From the human T2T-CHM13v2.0 reference genome, Homo sapiens, in assembly GCF_009914755.1 (NCBI RefSeq), contig NC_060926.1: 64,000 bases of DNA. One strand, written 5' to 3'. Position 1 is the first letter of the stretch. The number at the start of each line of letters is the position of its first letter. Positions 1 to 13,020 of this stretch are shown here, piece by piece. Below the pieces are notes generated by a model. The model was not told the origin of the DNA. It searched no databases and worked only from the letters and a program-made list of their open reading frames with translations. A program made the position numbers and the translations under genes.

Positions 1-84
1 GGCCCCTACTTTGCTCATTGTCTGTCTTGGGTTCGCTGGTGTTTGGCCTGGAAGCACATCTTGCAATTGAGGAGCTCCTGACTG

Positions 85-435
85 CCCAGCTTGCACGCGC
101 ACCACCTACTCTAACACCCTTTGCCTGGAATTCTTCCCCCAGATCCTCACAGGCTGCTCTGCTCAGCCCCAGGTCTCCACCACCATGGCCTGGCCTGAGG
201 GAGGCCTTTTCTGTCCACCGCAACAGACCCAGGCCCCAACTGTCCTTCACCACAGAGCAGCTGCTGATTTCCTTCTTGCTGCTTATAATCAAAGCTCTCG
301 TATTTATGGCTTGTTCTCTGACTTTCCCAGCAGAGCGAATTCCTTGAGGAAAGAAACGCTCCCAGCCCCCAGCACAGGCATGCTACGTGAGATGGGATCA
401 ATAAGTACTGGGAAGAATCTGGATGAATGAATGTA
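85..435 (+). mobile_element. L2 LINE 3' end fragment (ancient)
   Basis: Contains 'gcctggaattcttcccccag...gaggccttttctgtccacc' and ends 'cccagcacaggc...tcaataagtactggga...gaatgaatg', matching the recalled L2 3' terminus with its (TGAA)n tail. Highly diverged. Confidence 0.6.
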
Positions 436-471
436 TAAATGTGTAAGCCCCTTGATTTTCTTCATGTAGAG

Positions 472-990
472 CGGCAGTCCCCACCCTTTTTGGCACCAGG
501 GACTGGTTTCGTGGATGATAACTTTTCCATGTACTGGGGTAGAGGGGATGGTTTCAGGATGATTCAAGCACATTACATTCATTGTGCACTTTGTTTCTAT
601 TATTATTACATTGCAATACATAATGAAATAATTAATTATACAACCCACCATAATGTAGAATTGGTGGGAACCCACCCTGAGCTTGTTTTCCTGCTACTAG
701 ATGGTCCCATCAGGGTGATGGGAGACAGTGACAGATGATCGGGCATTAGATTCTCATAAGGAGCACACACCTAATTCCTTTGCATGCACAGTTTACAGTA
801 GGATCTGCACTCTGGTGAGAATCATCTGACAGGAGGCGGAGCTCAGGTGGTAATGTGAGCAGTCGGGAGAGGCTATAAATACAGATGAAGCTTTGCTCGC
901 TTACCTGCCTCTCGCCTTCTGCTGTGCAGCCCAGTTCCTAAAAGGCCACAGACTGGTACTTGTCCATGGCCCAGGGGTTGGGGAACCCTG
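472..990 (-). mobile_element. MER1A (hAT-Charlie) non-autonomous DNA transposon, full length
   Basis: Termini 'cggcagtcccca' and 'ttggggaaccctg'. Internal MER1A text 'ttggcaccagggactggtttcgtgga' and 'gcattagattctcataaggagc'. 8-bp TSD atgtagag (464-471) / atttagag (991-998), as expected for hAT elements. Confidence 0.9.
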
Positions 991-1179
991 ATTTAGAGTA
1001 CCAGCGTCGACTTCACCAAGAGAGCAAAGTGTGTGGCCATAGACGCTGATGTGAAAAACTCACTGGGAACACCCGGGAGGCAGCTTTTTACCAGGCTGAG
1101 GTCCAAGGCCACAGGGTGTCGTGCTTGGGCCCACCATGCACAAAGCCTTCGGTGTCACTGCAGGGCTAACGTGGGGGAG

Positions 1180-1330
1180 GGCACCGTCCCGGCCCAGGCC
1201 TACCCCTTCTTCTAATGTCTCCGCATCTGGAGGGCCCACGCCCCTTCCTCTTCGCGGCGGCAGGCCCCGCCCCTTTTCCCTCCTGCTCAGTGCTGAGCAG
1301 CGCCATGTTTACACGTGGCCAGAATCACCA
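1180..1330. promoter_or_regulatory. Candidate cis-regulatory patch (GC box, palindrome, FOX and E-box motifs)
   Basis: Local CpG retention; GGCCCCGCCC at 1263-1272; inverted repeat ctgctcag-tg-ctgagcag at 1283-1300; TGTTTAC at 1306-1312 overlapping CACGTG at 1312-1317. Motif evidence only. Confidence 0.35.
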
Positions 1331-2562
1331 GCTTAAATATTTTAAATAAAAAGAATGATCAGTATGTTTTTTTCTCTATCAGAAATAAAGCCGTGGCTGT
1401 TTAACACACCCTCTCCCAAACTTATCATCTGAACAACCTTCTTCCACACAATTAAGCATGCATTTCTACACCCACACACTCAGACCCTGGAATCCAGTGT
1501 AGACGTGTCTCTAGAAAACATTCGTTTCCCTGATTGTGTTTTCAGGGGCATTTGTCCTTGAAATTAGAAGGCATGGGACGTGGTATGGATGTTTCATCCC
1601 AGTGGATAGCAACTGCTTTGGGCTCAAAGCCTCATTACATTAAAAACCATCAAGGACCCCAAACAGGTTTAGTTCCCATAGGTTATATCTAGCAATGTCT
1701 ATCATATAAAAAATTAAAGCTAAATATCTCAGAGATGTATTCCCTAAAAATAACAATAATAACATATTATACGTTAATGTAAATAACATGTTGGGAAAAC
1801 AGCTATACTTTTTAATGTAAAATATTTAGTGAAAACAGTGAGTTGTGTTGCTTTAGAATTGCACAGATCTCCTTAAAAGTCTGGGTTAATAGATGGTAGC
1901 TGGAGTCTCATGCCTGTTTCTCCAGCCATCAGTTAAATATGTTGTTTTGGTGGAAATACATGAAGAAAATCTGACAGATAGGTCTGTTGGAATAAAACTC
2001 TTTTAATAGTTTTTTTTTTATATATATAATTGTGCATTTCTGCTTTGACTCTGTACCAACCTGTCTGACTGGTAGTGTTTTTTATTTTATTGTGGTAAAA
2101 ACATTTAACAAATATTTAAGTATGCAACACAATTTTGTTAGCTATAGGCACAACATTGTACAGCAGATCAATAAAACCTACTCATCTGGCATACTTGAAA
2201 CTTTAAGCCTGTTGAATAGCAACTCCCAGCTTTTGCCCCCCAGCCCCCAGCCCCTAACACCCACCATTCTACTTTCTCCCTCTAGGAATTTGAATCCTCT
2301 AGGGACCTGGTGGGAATGGAGTCATACAGTATTTGTTCTGGGGCTGGTTTATTTCCCATGGCCTGTCCCCAAGGTTCATCATGTGTGGCTGCCTATGGCA
2401 GGATTGCCTTCATCTTTAAGGATGAATGATATTCCATTGTGTGTACACATGTTTGTTTTATCCAGTCATGTGTTGATGGACATTTAGGTTGTTTGCACAT
2501 CTTAGCTGTTGTGAGTAATATTGCAATGAACACAGGAGTACTAATACCTCTTTGAGTCCTGA

Positions 2563-2925
<363 letters not shown>

Positions 2926-2935
2926 TAATTTTTGA

Positions 2936-3127
2936 GGAAACTCCACACTGTGTTCCACAATGGCTGTACCATTTTGCGTTCTGAACAGCAACAGTATACG
3001 AGGTTTCTGGTTGCTCCACAGCCTCACCGATGGAAACTCCACACTGTGTTCCACAATGGCTGTACCATTTTGCGTTCTGAACAACAACAGTATATGAGGT
3101 TTCTGGTTGCTCCACAGCCTCACCGAT
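2936..3127. repeat. 96-bp tandem duplication within L1
   Basis: 2936-3031 and 3032-3127 differ at 2 positions (cagcaac/caacaac and tatacga/tatatga). Confidence 0.95.
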
Positions 3128-4919
3128 GCGCGTCTTTTTTTTTTCTTTTTTAGCAGCTGTTCTCACAGGTAGGAGGTTGGTTTTGATTTGCGTTTCCCTG
3201 ATGATTAGTGACATTGAGCCTCTTCATACCTCTTGGCCATTTGTGTATCTTCTTCAGAGAAATGTCTGTTCAAGCTCTGTGCCTATTTTTTAATTGAGTT
3301 GTTGGTGTTTTTGATATTGAGTTGTAGGAGTTTCACACATATTTTGGAAATTCACCTTTTATCAGATCTATGGTTTGGAAATATTTCCTCCCATTCTGTA
3401 GGTTGCCTTTTCATCTGTTGCTTGTTAGCTGTGCAGAAGCTTTTACATTTGACGTTCCATTTGTCTACTTTTGCTTTTGTTGCCTGTGCTTTTGGTATAT
3501 TCATGAAATCATTTCCAAGACTAATGCCAGAAAGCCTTTCCTATATGTTTTTTTCTAGAAGATTTATAGTTTCTGGTCCAAAAGCCCAGAAATAAATCCA
3601 CAGTATATGGTTGACTGATCTACAAGAGTGCCAAAAATACATATAGGGAAAGAATATTCTCTTGGGAAAACTGGATATGCACATGCAAAATAATAAAATT
3701 GGACCCTTATGCTATACACAAAAATTGGTAGTTTCTTGAAGATTTGTTACAATGTAGAGTCTGAATCCTGTTAATGAACGCTTTCATCTCTGTTACATTA
3801 AAATGCATAGCCCTATCATTAACTTTGAATGGATCTTTTACTTTGCATGATTTTATAACATCCTATCTTGGTCATTTGGAAAATAATGACTCACTGAGTT
3901 ATACAGTGTTTTCAAATGTAGACACGTTTCATTATTCAGTATCCAAAAAAATCATATTTGCTAATATCACCACCCATCTCACCAGGGAAGTCTTTAAGTA
4001 ATGGGAAGCTATGAAGACGTTGGTGGTGAATACATGCTTTCCAAAATTTTAATTTACACTCCAGTTCACATTTTAGCATTGGCAACAAATACTGTCAATG
4101 GTTTTCTTTGAAAAGGCTGGTTCACTTCATTTGCTTTCAAGAAATCTGCCAAAGACTGAACTCTGAATAGTTTGTAAGTCATTCTTTCAAGTAAAAACAT
4201 TATTCCATGAAAAAAGTGGGTAGTGGAGCTCTTAGTTCAGTCACATGGCGCTTTTTCTCAAGAGAACCATTGTTCTTCAGCTTGCAGACGGGCTTTGTGT
4301 GTACTTTCTATTTAGTTAGAATATTAAAATGGCATGTGCCTCAAGCATTGAGCTTTAATAACATAAATAATTTTTCTCCTTCACCCAGAACATTCTTAAG
4401 TAACACGGAGGTTATGTTCTTTGTCCCTCCCCGTGAGTGCCTGGCAGTGACGCATGCAGTGACTGCTGTGTGGTGTGGCTCCGGCTTTGGTTCCAGGCCC
4501 AGCACTGAGGCTGTTTGGTACCATTAATGCGAACGTCAATATAGTGAAGAAAACAGTGGCCTCCTAGCATTATGAAAAGAGTTTCGACCTCAGAGACTTC
4601 TGAGAAAGTTTCAGGGACCCCCAGGGGCCTGACCACAGTTTGAAAAATATTGATTTAGCCAAAACATCATAGAATCAGTCTCATGTCTTTATTTCCTTTT
4701 TCCTTTTTATCATCTAATTTTTTTAACACAATACAATTTAAAGTAAGTTTACTGACGAATATTTTGCATCAAATGATAGAAGTTAAACATTGGTGATTTT
4801 TCACATTAACTGCAGTTTTATGATTTATGTATTTAACTGAACTAAGTTTCCAAAGCATCTGAAATTAACTATAATTTACGCAACTTTTTGGACATCTAAA
4901 AATAAAAAATGAATATATA

Positions 4920-5560
4920 TTTAACATCCCTCATCTCAAAATCTAAAATCTGAAATGCTCCAAAATTTGAAACTTTTTTTTTTTTTTTTTGAGATGGAGT
5001 CTCGCTCTGTTGCCCAGGCTGGAGTGCAGCGGCGCAATTTTGGCTCATTGCAACCTCTGCCTCCTGGGTTCACGCCATTCTCCTGCCTCAGCCTCCTGAG
5101 TAGCTGGGACTACAGGCGCCTGCCACCACGCCCGGCTAATTTTTGGTATTTTTAGTAGAGTCAGGGTTTCACTGTGTTAGCCAGGATGGTCTCGATCTCC
5201 TGACCTCGTGATCCGCCCACCTCAGCCTCCCAAAGTGCTGGGATTACAGGCGTGAGCCACCGCGCCCAGCCAATTTGAAACTTTTTGAGCACTGACATGA
5301 CACCACAATTAGAAAATTCTACGCACAAGCACTGAACACGAACTTTGTTTCATACACGAAATTATTAAACATATTGGACAAAATTACCTTCCAACTATCT
5401 GTATAAGGTGTCTATAAAGCATAAATAAATTTTGTGTTTAGACTTCAGTCTCATCTCCAAGCTATCTCATTATGTAAACGAAAAATTTCAAATTCTTAAA
5501 AAAACCAAAACCCGAAACATTTCTCATCCCAAGCATTTTTGATAAGGGAGGTTCCACCTT
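4920..5560. mobile_element. Tigger4/MER46-like (TcMar-Tigger) element split by AluY
   Basis: 'catccctcatctcaaaatctaaaatctgaaatgctccaaaatttgaaac' ... 'ttgagcactgacatgac' ... 'cccaagcatttttgataaggga' match recalled Tigger4b/MER46 ends. Confidence 0.75.
4974..5271 (-). mobile_element. AluY
   Basis: Diagnostic 'gggttcacgccattctcctgcc' and 'tgttagccaggatggtctcgatctcctgacctcgtgatccgccc'. Pure poly-T tail; TSD aatttgaaacttttt at 4964-4978 / 5272-5286. Confidence 0.95.
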
Positions 5561-5639
5561 TCTTTCATGTGCATGCATGAGCCCAACAAGCAGCCTGGGA
5601 AATAAAATGTGGAATCCATGTCTGCAGCCACCCATGTAC

Positions 5640-7440
5640 CGCTCCTGGTCCTATTCCACTTCACACCCCCTGCCAAGAGAGGATCACCATCCTGACTTGG
5701 GTGTTTATCCTCACCCTGAGTTTCTAACCACTTTCATTATGAATGCATGTATTCCTCAACAAAATGTAATATTGCTAGGAATAGTTTTATAAAATTCTTC
5801 CTGTGCACTTAATGTTTCTCTAAGCTTCTAATATATGCCCAGGAGCAAATTGTTCCTCACCAGGTAGAGGCATCTTCAAATTTACTAGACACTGGCAATT
5901 TGTTATACAAAGTAATTAGTCAATCTATATTCCCACCAGCAGTATATAAAAGTTTTGTTTTCTCTACATCCTCTGCAGCACTTAAGTGATGAGACTTAAA
6001 TTTCTGTTGCTTTTTGTGGGCAGTTTTGGAGTTTTAGTGTAGTTTAATATGGATTTATCTGACCTTTAGTGAGATTGATCATATTTTCAAGTTTATTTAC
6101 CATTGGAAATTTTCCCTCCATAAATTGCCCTTCTGAATCCTTGAAAATTTTTTCTGTTGTTTATTATTTTGTACTTTTTGTAGGAATTCTTGACATATGT
6201 TAGATTTTAACCCTTCAGCCATTTTGCGTGACACAGACATCTTCCATGTGGTGGTGTTTTAGTAAATTTGTTGTGATGTCCTTTCGTGTACAATCTGAAC
6301 TATAGATACAATCACATTTATCATTTTTGTCCTTTGTGTTGAACCTCTGTTGTGTTAGTACTTCCTTAATAAATCTTTCCCTACTCTGTGGTCACAAAAT
6401 ATTTATTTTTTTGAATAACAGTTTTAAAAATGTACTTTCCACAGTTATGTTTAATCCAGCCACATTTTATCTTTGGGGATTATGCAAGCAGAGATGTAAT
6501 TTTATTTTTCTTTTCCACATGGATAGCAAACTTCTCAGCATCATTTATTCAATTATTTCCCCACTGACCTGCAATGCTATCCCTATCTTATATCAGGCCT
6601 CACATATTTGGAGAACTCTTCCTGAAAAGAATGTGGATTCTGTTGCTGGTGGGTGGGGTGCTTGCTAAGTTCTGTGGGTCAAGTTGTTTGATACTGCTCT
6701 CCAACTTCTCTGTATCCTCAATGACTTTTTGTCTACTTCTTCTACCCTTAGGCGAGAGGAACACTGATCTCTCCAATAGTATTAGTGGATTTATTTGATG
6801 TTTTAGTTCTACAAGCTTTTGCTTCCTACATTTAAGTTTGTTATATCCTGTTGATGAATTAACCATTTTATCATTAGAAAATGTTTCTTTGTATTCCTGG
6901 TAATAGTCCTTGTCCCGAAGTCAACTTTGATATAAATGTTCCCACTTTAGTTTTCTTATGATTAGAGTTTACATAGTATATCTCTTTTAGGTCTGTTTAC
7001 CATTGATCTATCTGTGTATTTATATTTAAAATGCATGCCTTTATCTTTTGTTTTTTTGAGATGAGGTCTCACTATGTTGCCTAGGCTGGTCTTGAACTCC
7101 TGGGCTCAAGTGATCGCTCAGCCTCACAAAGTGCTGGGATCACAAAGTTCGTGAGCCACCACTCCTGGCCTGAAGTACGTATCTTATAGACAGCTTGTTG
7201 TTGGGTTGTGTTCTTTTTATCCAGTCTGACAGTTTACTCCTTTTATTTGAAGTGTTTAGACCATTTATATTTATTGTAATTGTTAAATTTACTTTTACTG
7301 ATATTTTAACCCCCATAATATAGTTCTATTATTTTTGCATTAAACAGCCAATTATCTTTTAAATAATTTTAAAAACAAAAAAAGTATTTTATATTTACCT
7401 ACAACATTTCCATTTCAGGTGCCCATCATTTCTCTGTGTA
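5640..7440 (-). mobile_element. Ancient L1M fragments
   Basis: T-rich antisense L1-like text such as 'tattcccaccagcagtatataaaag', 'gaaaagaatgtggattctgttg' and 'ttttatccagtctgacagttt'. Boundaries approximate. Confidence 0.6.
7046..7170 (-). mobile_element. FLAM-type Alu left monomer
   Basis: 'gagatgaggtctcactatgttgcctaggctggtcttgaactcctgggctcaagtgatc...gtgagccaccactcctggcc'; single monomer with a T tail. Confidence 0.85.
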
Positions 7441-7464
7441 GACACAAGTATTTATACTAGTATC

Positions 7465-7635
7465 TGAGCTTTTTCCAGGCACTTCCACACATGTTGCATA
7501 ATTTTGCTTCTGCAACAGTCGTAGGCACAGGACACTATCTCCAGTTTACAGAAGAGGCAGTTGAGGCTCAGAACAATTACAGGAGTTGCCTAGTCTCTAG
7601 AAAGATCTAGGATTGCAATCCAGGTCTGTTTGTCC
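7465..7635 (-). mobile_element. MIR SINE fragment
   Basis: 'ctccagtttacagaagaggcagttgaggctcaga...ggattgcaatccaggtctgtttg' matches the antisense MIR core. Confidence 0.65.
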
Positions 7636-8689
7636 ATTAATCACTGTTTGCATTCCTAGTGAGACTTATCAGAGATGAGGAAAAGAAGAAAGTGCCTTCC
7701 ATCAAGGAAGAAACCACATGCCTTTGTAGGCCAGAGTGCAGTTATCCCTTAGAAAGCTGTGCTGGGGAAGAGAGCAGAGGCTCTTGGCATGGTTGAAGTG
7801 TCTGGAGAGATGAAAGAGGGAATAGTTCATCCGGGAAGAGTCAGAGGACCCAAGCCAGGGCAGACTGCACAGCAAAGGACAGCCAGAAACAAAGCCCACC
7901 TCTCACCCAGACCAAGGAACTGGCAAAGTGAGAAGAGAGTTAGGTGACATATTGCAGAGTCCATGGTACTCTCTACTCAAGTTTAGAGGGGTTGGCAGGG
8001 TAGAAGGGAGATGAGAGGAGGTATAGACAAGTGTGGGTGCAAAGGAAGGGGTTTGTTATTCCCCCACCTTAGACTGGAAAATTCACTGACTGGCCAGGCC
8101 CCATTCCACAGTTCCCCTCGGCACCCACTGCCGCTATCTGCTCTGAGGCCCCTGCGGGGCAGTTCTGAGAACCTGGGCTACAAGGATAGGCTCTGCCTGC
8201 ACACCAGCCTAACATCCTGACGAATGACTTCCCCTCCCTGCACCTCTGCTTCTTCCTCCCACCCAACATCCCCTTTCTCCCCAGAAAGATGTTGTAGGTT
8301 ATTTAGGACCCGGAGAACTGAACATAGACCCCATGGGGTACCGACAACAGGGGAGACCCTGATCCAAGTGCCAGCCTGTCCATGGGCAAGTGTGAGTTTG
8401 AGGTGACTCCCTTCACCTCCAGGAGCGTCTGTCTCCTCAGTGCTGGAATGCAGATAGGGAGAAAACCCAGTTCAGGAGCTGTCCTAGACTAGAAGAGAGG
8501 ACCTGCATGCAGATTCCATTTGCATTTCTAAGGCTCTTTCCACCCTTACTTCAAATGGCAGGACCATGACAGGAGGCATGACAATCCCCTTGTGTTTTGA
8601 GGCAGCGAGAGGGGACACAATCTGAAGGCATCTCCGAAGACTTGGCCACCCAGACCCAGGTGTCTGGGACAGCAGCCATTTAATCTAGC

Positions 8690-9004
<315 letters not shown>

Positions 9005-9479
9005 AATCTAGCTTTTATTAAAGACAATAGCAAATTTATGATCTGATGGTATGTAGGTTAAGAACCAGAACAGTAGGAGAAAAAGGGCCACACAGTTGAC
9101 TCTGTGGATGCGATTTCCCAGACTCATTCATGCCCCTGAGACACAGACCCTCTGGTGGGAATCCATTTGCTTAGAGGAAGGCTGTGACCGTAAGAGCTTT
9201 TCTGGGAAGGTGCTAATGGGAGGAGGAAGATTCTGGGGACCACTTGATGAGGCCTGGGGGATTCACATCTGGGTGGGTTTCAGGGTGGAGCTCCTGGCTG
9301 CACCATCAGAACCCTGAGTGTGGGGAGGGGATGCAAATGTGGGTGATCAAGGGGGCTCTTTTGTTGTTGTTAATTAGAAAAAACTATGCACCCTGCAGAC
9401 CCTGGGGCTGGCTGCTCATATGAAAGGGATACCACAGTGGGCTGTGTAAAGAGGGGACCCCTGATGCCGACCACAGCTC

Positions 9480-9605
9480 CATCCTCCTCCTCTGAGCTTC
9501 TCCTCCCTCTCTCCCCCTCCTTTCTGCCCCCCTTTCTCTCTGTTTTCTTCCCTCTCTCCCTCCCTCCTCCTCTGTCTCCCCCTCTTTCTCTCTCTCTTTT
9601 TCCCT
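9480..9605. repeat. CT-rich polypyrimidine low-complexity tract
   Basis: Almost exclusively C/T over about 125 bp. Confidence 0.8.
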
Positions 9606-10069
9606 AAGGCCTTGTTAGAGTTGAACAGCACTCTTTTCCCACGAAGGGTCGGTCATTCTAGCTCTTCTAAAACGCTAACTCAGCTGGAACTTCGGAACTT
9701 TTGGGATCTCTTCCTCCAAGATTCTCTCTTTGCCCTCTGACCTACCTCCAGGGCTGCCAAAAGCAGCTTCTGGCTGGCGAAGTGTGGAATTCAAGGACTT
9801 CAAGTTGGCCAGTCTGGATCTGACCCAGACTCAGCAGAGACAGGCGTGGGAAGGGGGACAGGTCATCCTACATGAAAAACTCAGAGCTGGGAATCCAGGT
9901 CAGAGGGAGCCAGAGGGCACTCTGGAGGAGGAAGGTGTTTAAAACACTGAAAGTCAGAGAGGGGAAGTGTGCTCCGTCTCCTGGTGTGGAGCTAATCCTC
10001 TTTATTCTTCCCTGCTCCCCTCCCTACCTCTCTCCCTTCCCTGCCTTTCTTTTCCCTTCCCTTCCCTGC

Positions 10070-12022
10070 CTTTCTTTTGCCTTGCCTTGCCTTGCCCTGC
10101 CCTGCCCTGCCTTGCCCTGCCCTGCCCTGCCCTGCCCTGCCTTGCCCTGCCCTGCCCTGCCCTGCCTTGCCTTGCCCTGCCTTGCCTTGCCCTGCCCTGC
10201 CCTACCCTGCCCTGCCCTGCCCTGCCCTACCCTGCCCTGCCCTGCCCTGCCCTGCTTTGCCCTGCCCTGCTCTGCCTTGCCCTGCCTTGCCCTGCCCTGC
10301 CCTGCCCTTCCCTGCCTTGCCCTGCCCTGCCCTGCCCTGCCCTGCCTTGCCCTGCCTTGCCCTGCCCTGCCCTGCCTTGCCCTGCCCTGCCCTGCCCTGC
10401 CCTGCCCTGCCCTGCCCTGCCCTGCCTTGCCTTGCCCTGCCTTGCCTTGCCCTGCCCTGCCCTACCCTGCCCTGCCCTGCCCTGCCCTACCCTGCCCTGC
10501 CCTGCCCTGCCCTGCTTTGCCCTGCCCTGCTCTGCCTTGCCCTGCCTTGCCCTGCCCTGCCCTTCCCTGCCTTGCCCTGCCCTTCCCTGCCTTGCCCTGC
10601 CTTGCCCTGCCCTTCCCTGCCCTGCCCTGCCCTTCCCTGCCTTGCCCTGCCCTGCCCTGCCTTGCCCTGCCCTGCCCTGCCTTGCCTTGCCCTGCCTTGC
10701 CCTGCCTTGCCCTGCCCTGCCCTGCCCTGCTTTGCCCTGCCCTGCCCTGCCTTGCCCTGCCTTTCCCTGCCCTGCCCTGCCCTGCTCTGCCCTTCCCTGC
10801 CTTGCCCTGCCCTTCCCTGCCTTGCCCTGCCTTGCCCTGCCCTTCCCTGCCCTGCCCTGCCCTTCCCTGCCTTGCCCTGCCCTGCCCTGCCTTGCCTTGC
10901 CCTGCCTTGCCCTGCCCTGCCTTGCCCTGCCCTGCCCTGCCCTGCCCTACCCTGCCCTGCCCTGCCCTGCCCTGCCCTGCCTTGCCCTGCCCTGCCCTGC
11001 TCTGCCCTTCCCTGCCTTGCCCTGCCTTGCCCTGCCCTACCCTTCCCTGCCTTGCCCTGCCTTGCCCTGCCCTGCCCTGCCCTGCCTTGCCCTGCCCTTC
11101 CCTGCCTTGCCCTGCCTTGCCCTGCCCTGCCCTGCCCTGCCCTTCCCTGCCCTGCCCTGCCCTGCCCTGCCTTGCCCTGCCTTGCCCTGCCCTGCCCTGC
11201 CTTGCCCTGCCCTGCCCTGCCCTGCCCTGCCCTGCCCTGCCTTGCCTTGCCCTGCCTTGCCTTGCCCTGCCCTGCCCTACCCTGCCCTGCCCTGCCCTGC
11301 CCTACCCTGCCCTGCCCTGCCCTGCCCTGCTTTGCCCTGCCCTGCTCTGCCTTGCCCTGCCTTGCCCTGCCCTGCCCTTCCCTGCCTTGCCCTGCCCTTC
11401 CCTGCCTTGCCCTGCCTTGCCCTGCCCTTCCCTGCCCTGCCCTGCCCTTCCCTGCCTTGCCCTGCCCTGCCCTGCCTTGCCCTGCCCTGCCCTGCCTTGC
11501 CTTGCCCTGCCTTGCCCTGCCTTGCCCTGCCCTGCCCTGCCCTGCTTTGCCCTGCCCTGCCCTGCCTTGCCCTGCCTTTCCCTGCCCTGCCCTGCCCTGC
11601 TCTGCCCTTCCCTGCCTTGCCCTGCCCTTCCCTGCCTTGCCCTGCCTTGCCCTGCCCTTCCCTGCCCTGCCCTGCCCTTCCCTGCCTTGCCCTGCCCTGC
11701 CCTGCCTTGCCTTGCCCTGCCTTGCCCTGCCCTGCCTTGCCCTGCCCTGCCCTGCCCTGCCCTACCCTGCCCTGCCCTGCCCTGCCCTGCCCTGCCTTGC
11801 CCTGCCCTGCCCTGCTCTGCCCTTCCCTGCCTTGCCCTGCCTTGCCCTGCCCTACCCTTCCCTGCCTTGCCCTGCCTTGCCCTGCCCTGCCCTGCCCTGC
11901 CTTGCCCTGCCCTTCCCTGCCTTGCCCTGCCTTGCCCTGCCCTGCCCTGCCCTGCCCTTCCCTGCCTTGCCCTGCCCTGCCCTGCCTTGCCCTGCCTTGC
12001 CCTGCCTTGCCCTGCCCTGCCC
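10070..12022. repeat. (CCCTG)n / (CAGGG)n pentanucleotide array, about 390 units
   Basis: Uninterrupted 5-bp register with variant units (cttgc, cctac, tttgc, tctgc, ccttc, ctttc in the cctgc phase). Preceded by a CT-rich lead-in from ~10000. Confidence 0.99.
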
Positions 12023-12309
12023 TGGGGAAGGGCATAGGAAGCTCCATAGGAAGCTAAAAGCCAATCCATTCTCACAGAGTTTTAGTTTCTAGCTGAGGTC
12101 TCCACTGAAAACAACCGAGTTCTTTTCAATGTGTTTTCTTTTTATGCCATGGGGAGCCTTAGATCTGCTTCTTTCAACTCACAGAGACTTTCTGATGAAT
12201 AGGACCAGTTAATCATGGTTTCCTTATAGCAGCTTCATTGAGATATGTTCATATATCGTACAATTCACTCACGTAAAGTATCCAATTCAGTGGTTTTAGT
12301 ACATTTACT

Positions 12310-13020
12310 AATGCACTAATTTATATATACTAATATATAATATGTATTATTAATATATGTTATATACTAATATATATTATTTTATGTTATAAATAGATAA
12401 AAATATATACTTATATATGTACTTATATATACATCAATATATAATGTATTATTTTATACTAACGTATATTATATATACTAGTATATAATCTATATTATTT
12501 TATATGTTATAAATATATAATAAAATATATAAATATTTTATGCATATATTAATATATAATATATACTAACATGCTAATTTATATATACTTATATATAATT
12601 TATATAGTATATAATATATAAATGTATATAATACATAATTCATATATTTATATATTATATAGTTTATATATTAGTATATATACTAATTTTATATACTAAT
12701 AAATAAATTATAAATATATAAATTATATATTATAGCACATAATATATATTATATAGTTAAATAACTATGTAACTATAATATATAACTATATATGATATAC
12801 AGTTATATATAATATAAATTTTACATACAGTATATAAATTATATACTATACATTTATATACATATGGTATATAAATTATATACTATACATTTATATACAT
12901 ATGGTATATAAATTGTATACTATATAATGTGTATTAGTATATATACTAATATATACTAAATTAGCATATTAGTAGTATATATTACTATATATTATAGTAA
13001 CATATATATTAGCATATTTA
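12310..13020. repeat. (TA)-rich low-complexity expansion, about 700 bp
   Basis: Degenerate TATA/TAATA units, with an internal 37-bp duplication ('catttatatacatatggtatataaatt' at 12851 and 12888). Confidence 0.95.

Noticed and set aside
9872-12092. 671-721 aa ORFs in all three plus frames (LPCPA repeats) and GQGRA ORFs on the minus strand
   Set aside because: These are translations of a stop-free pentamer. All frames give the same peptide, and there is no gene context.
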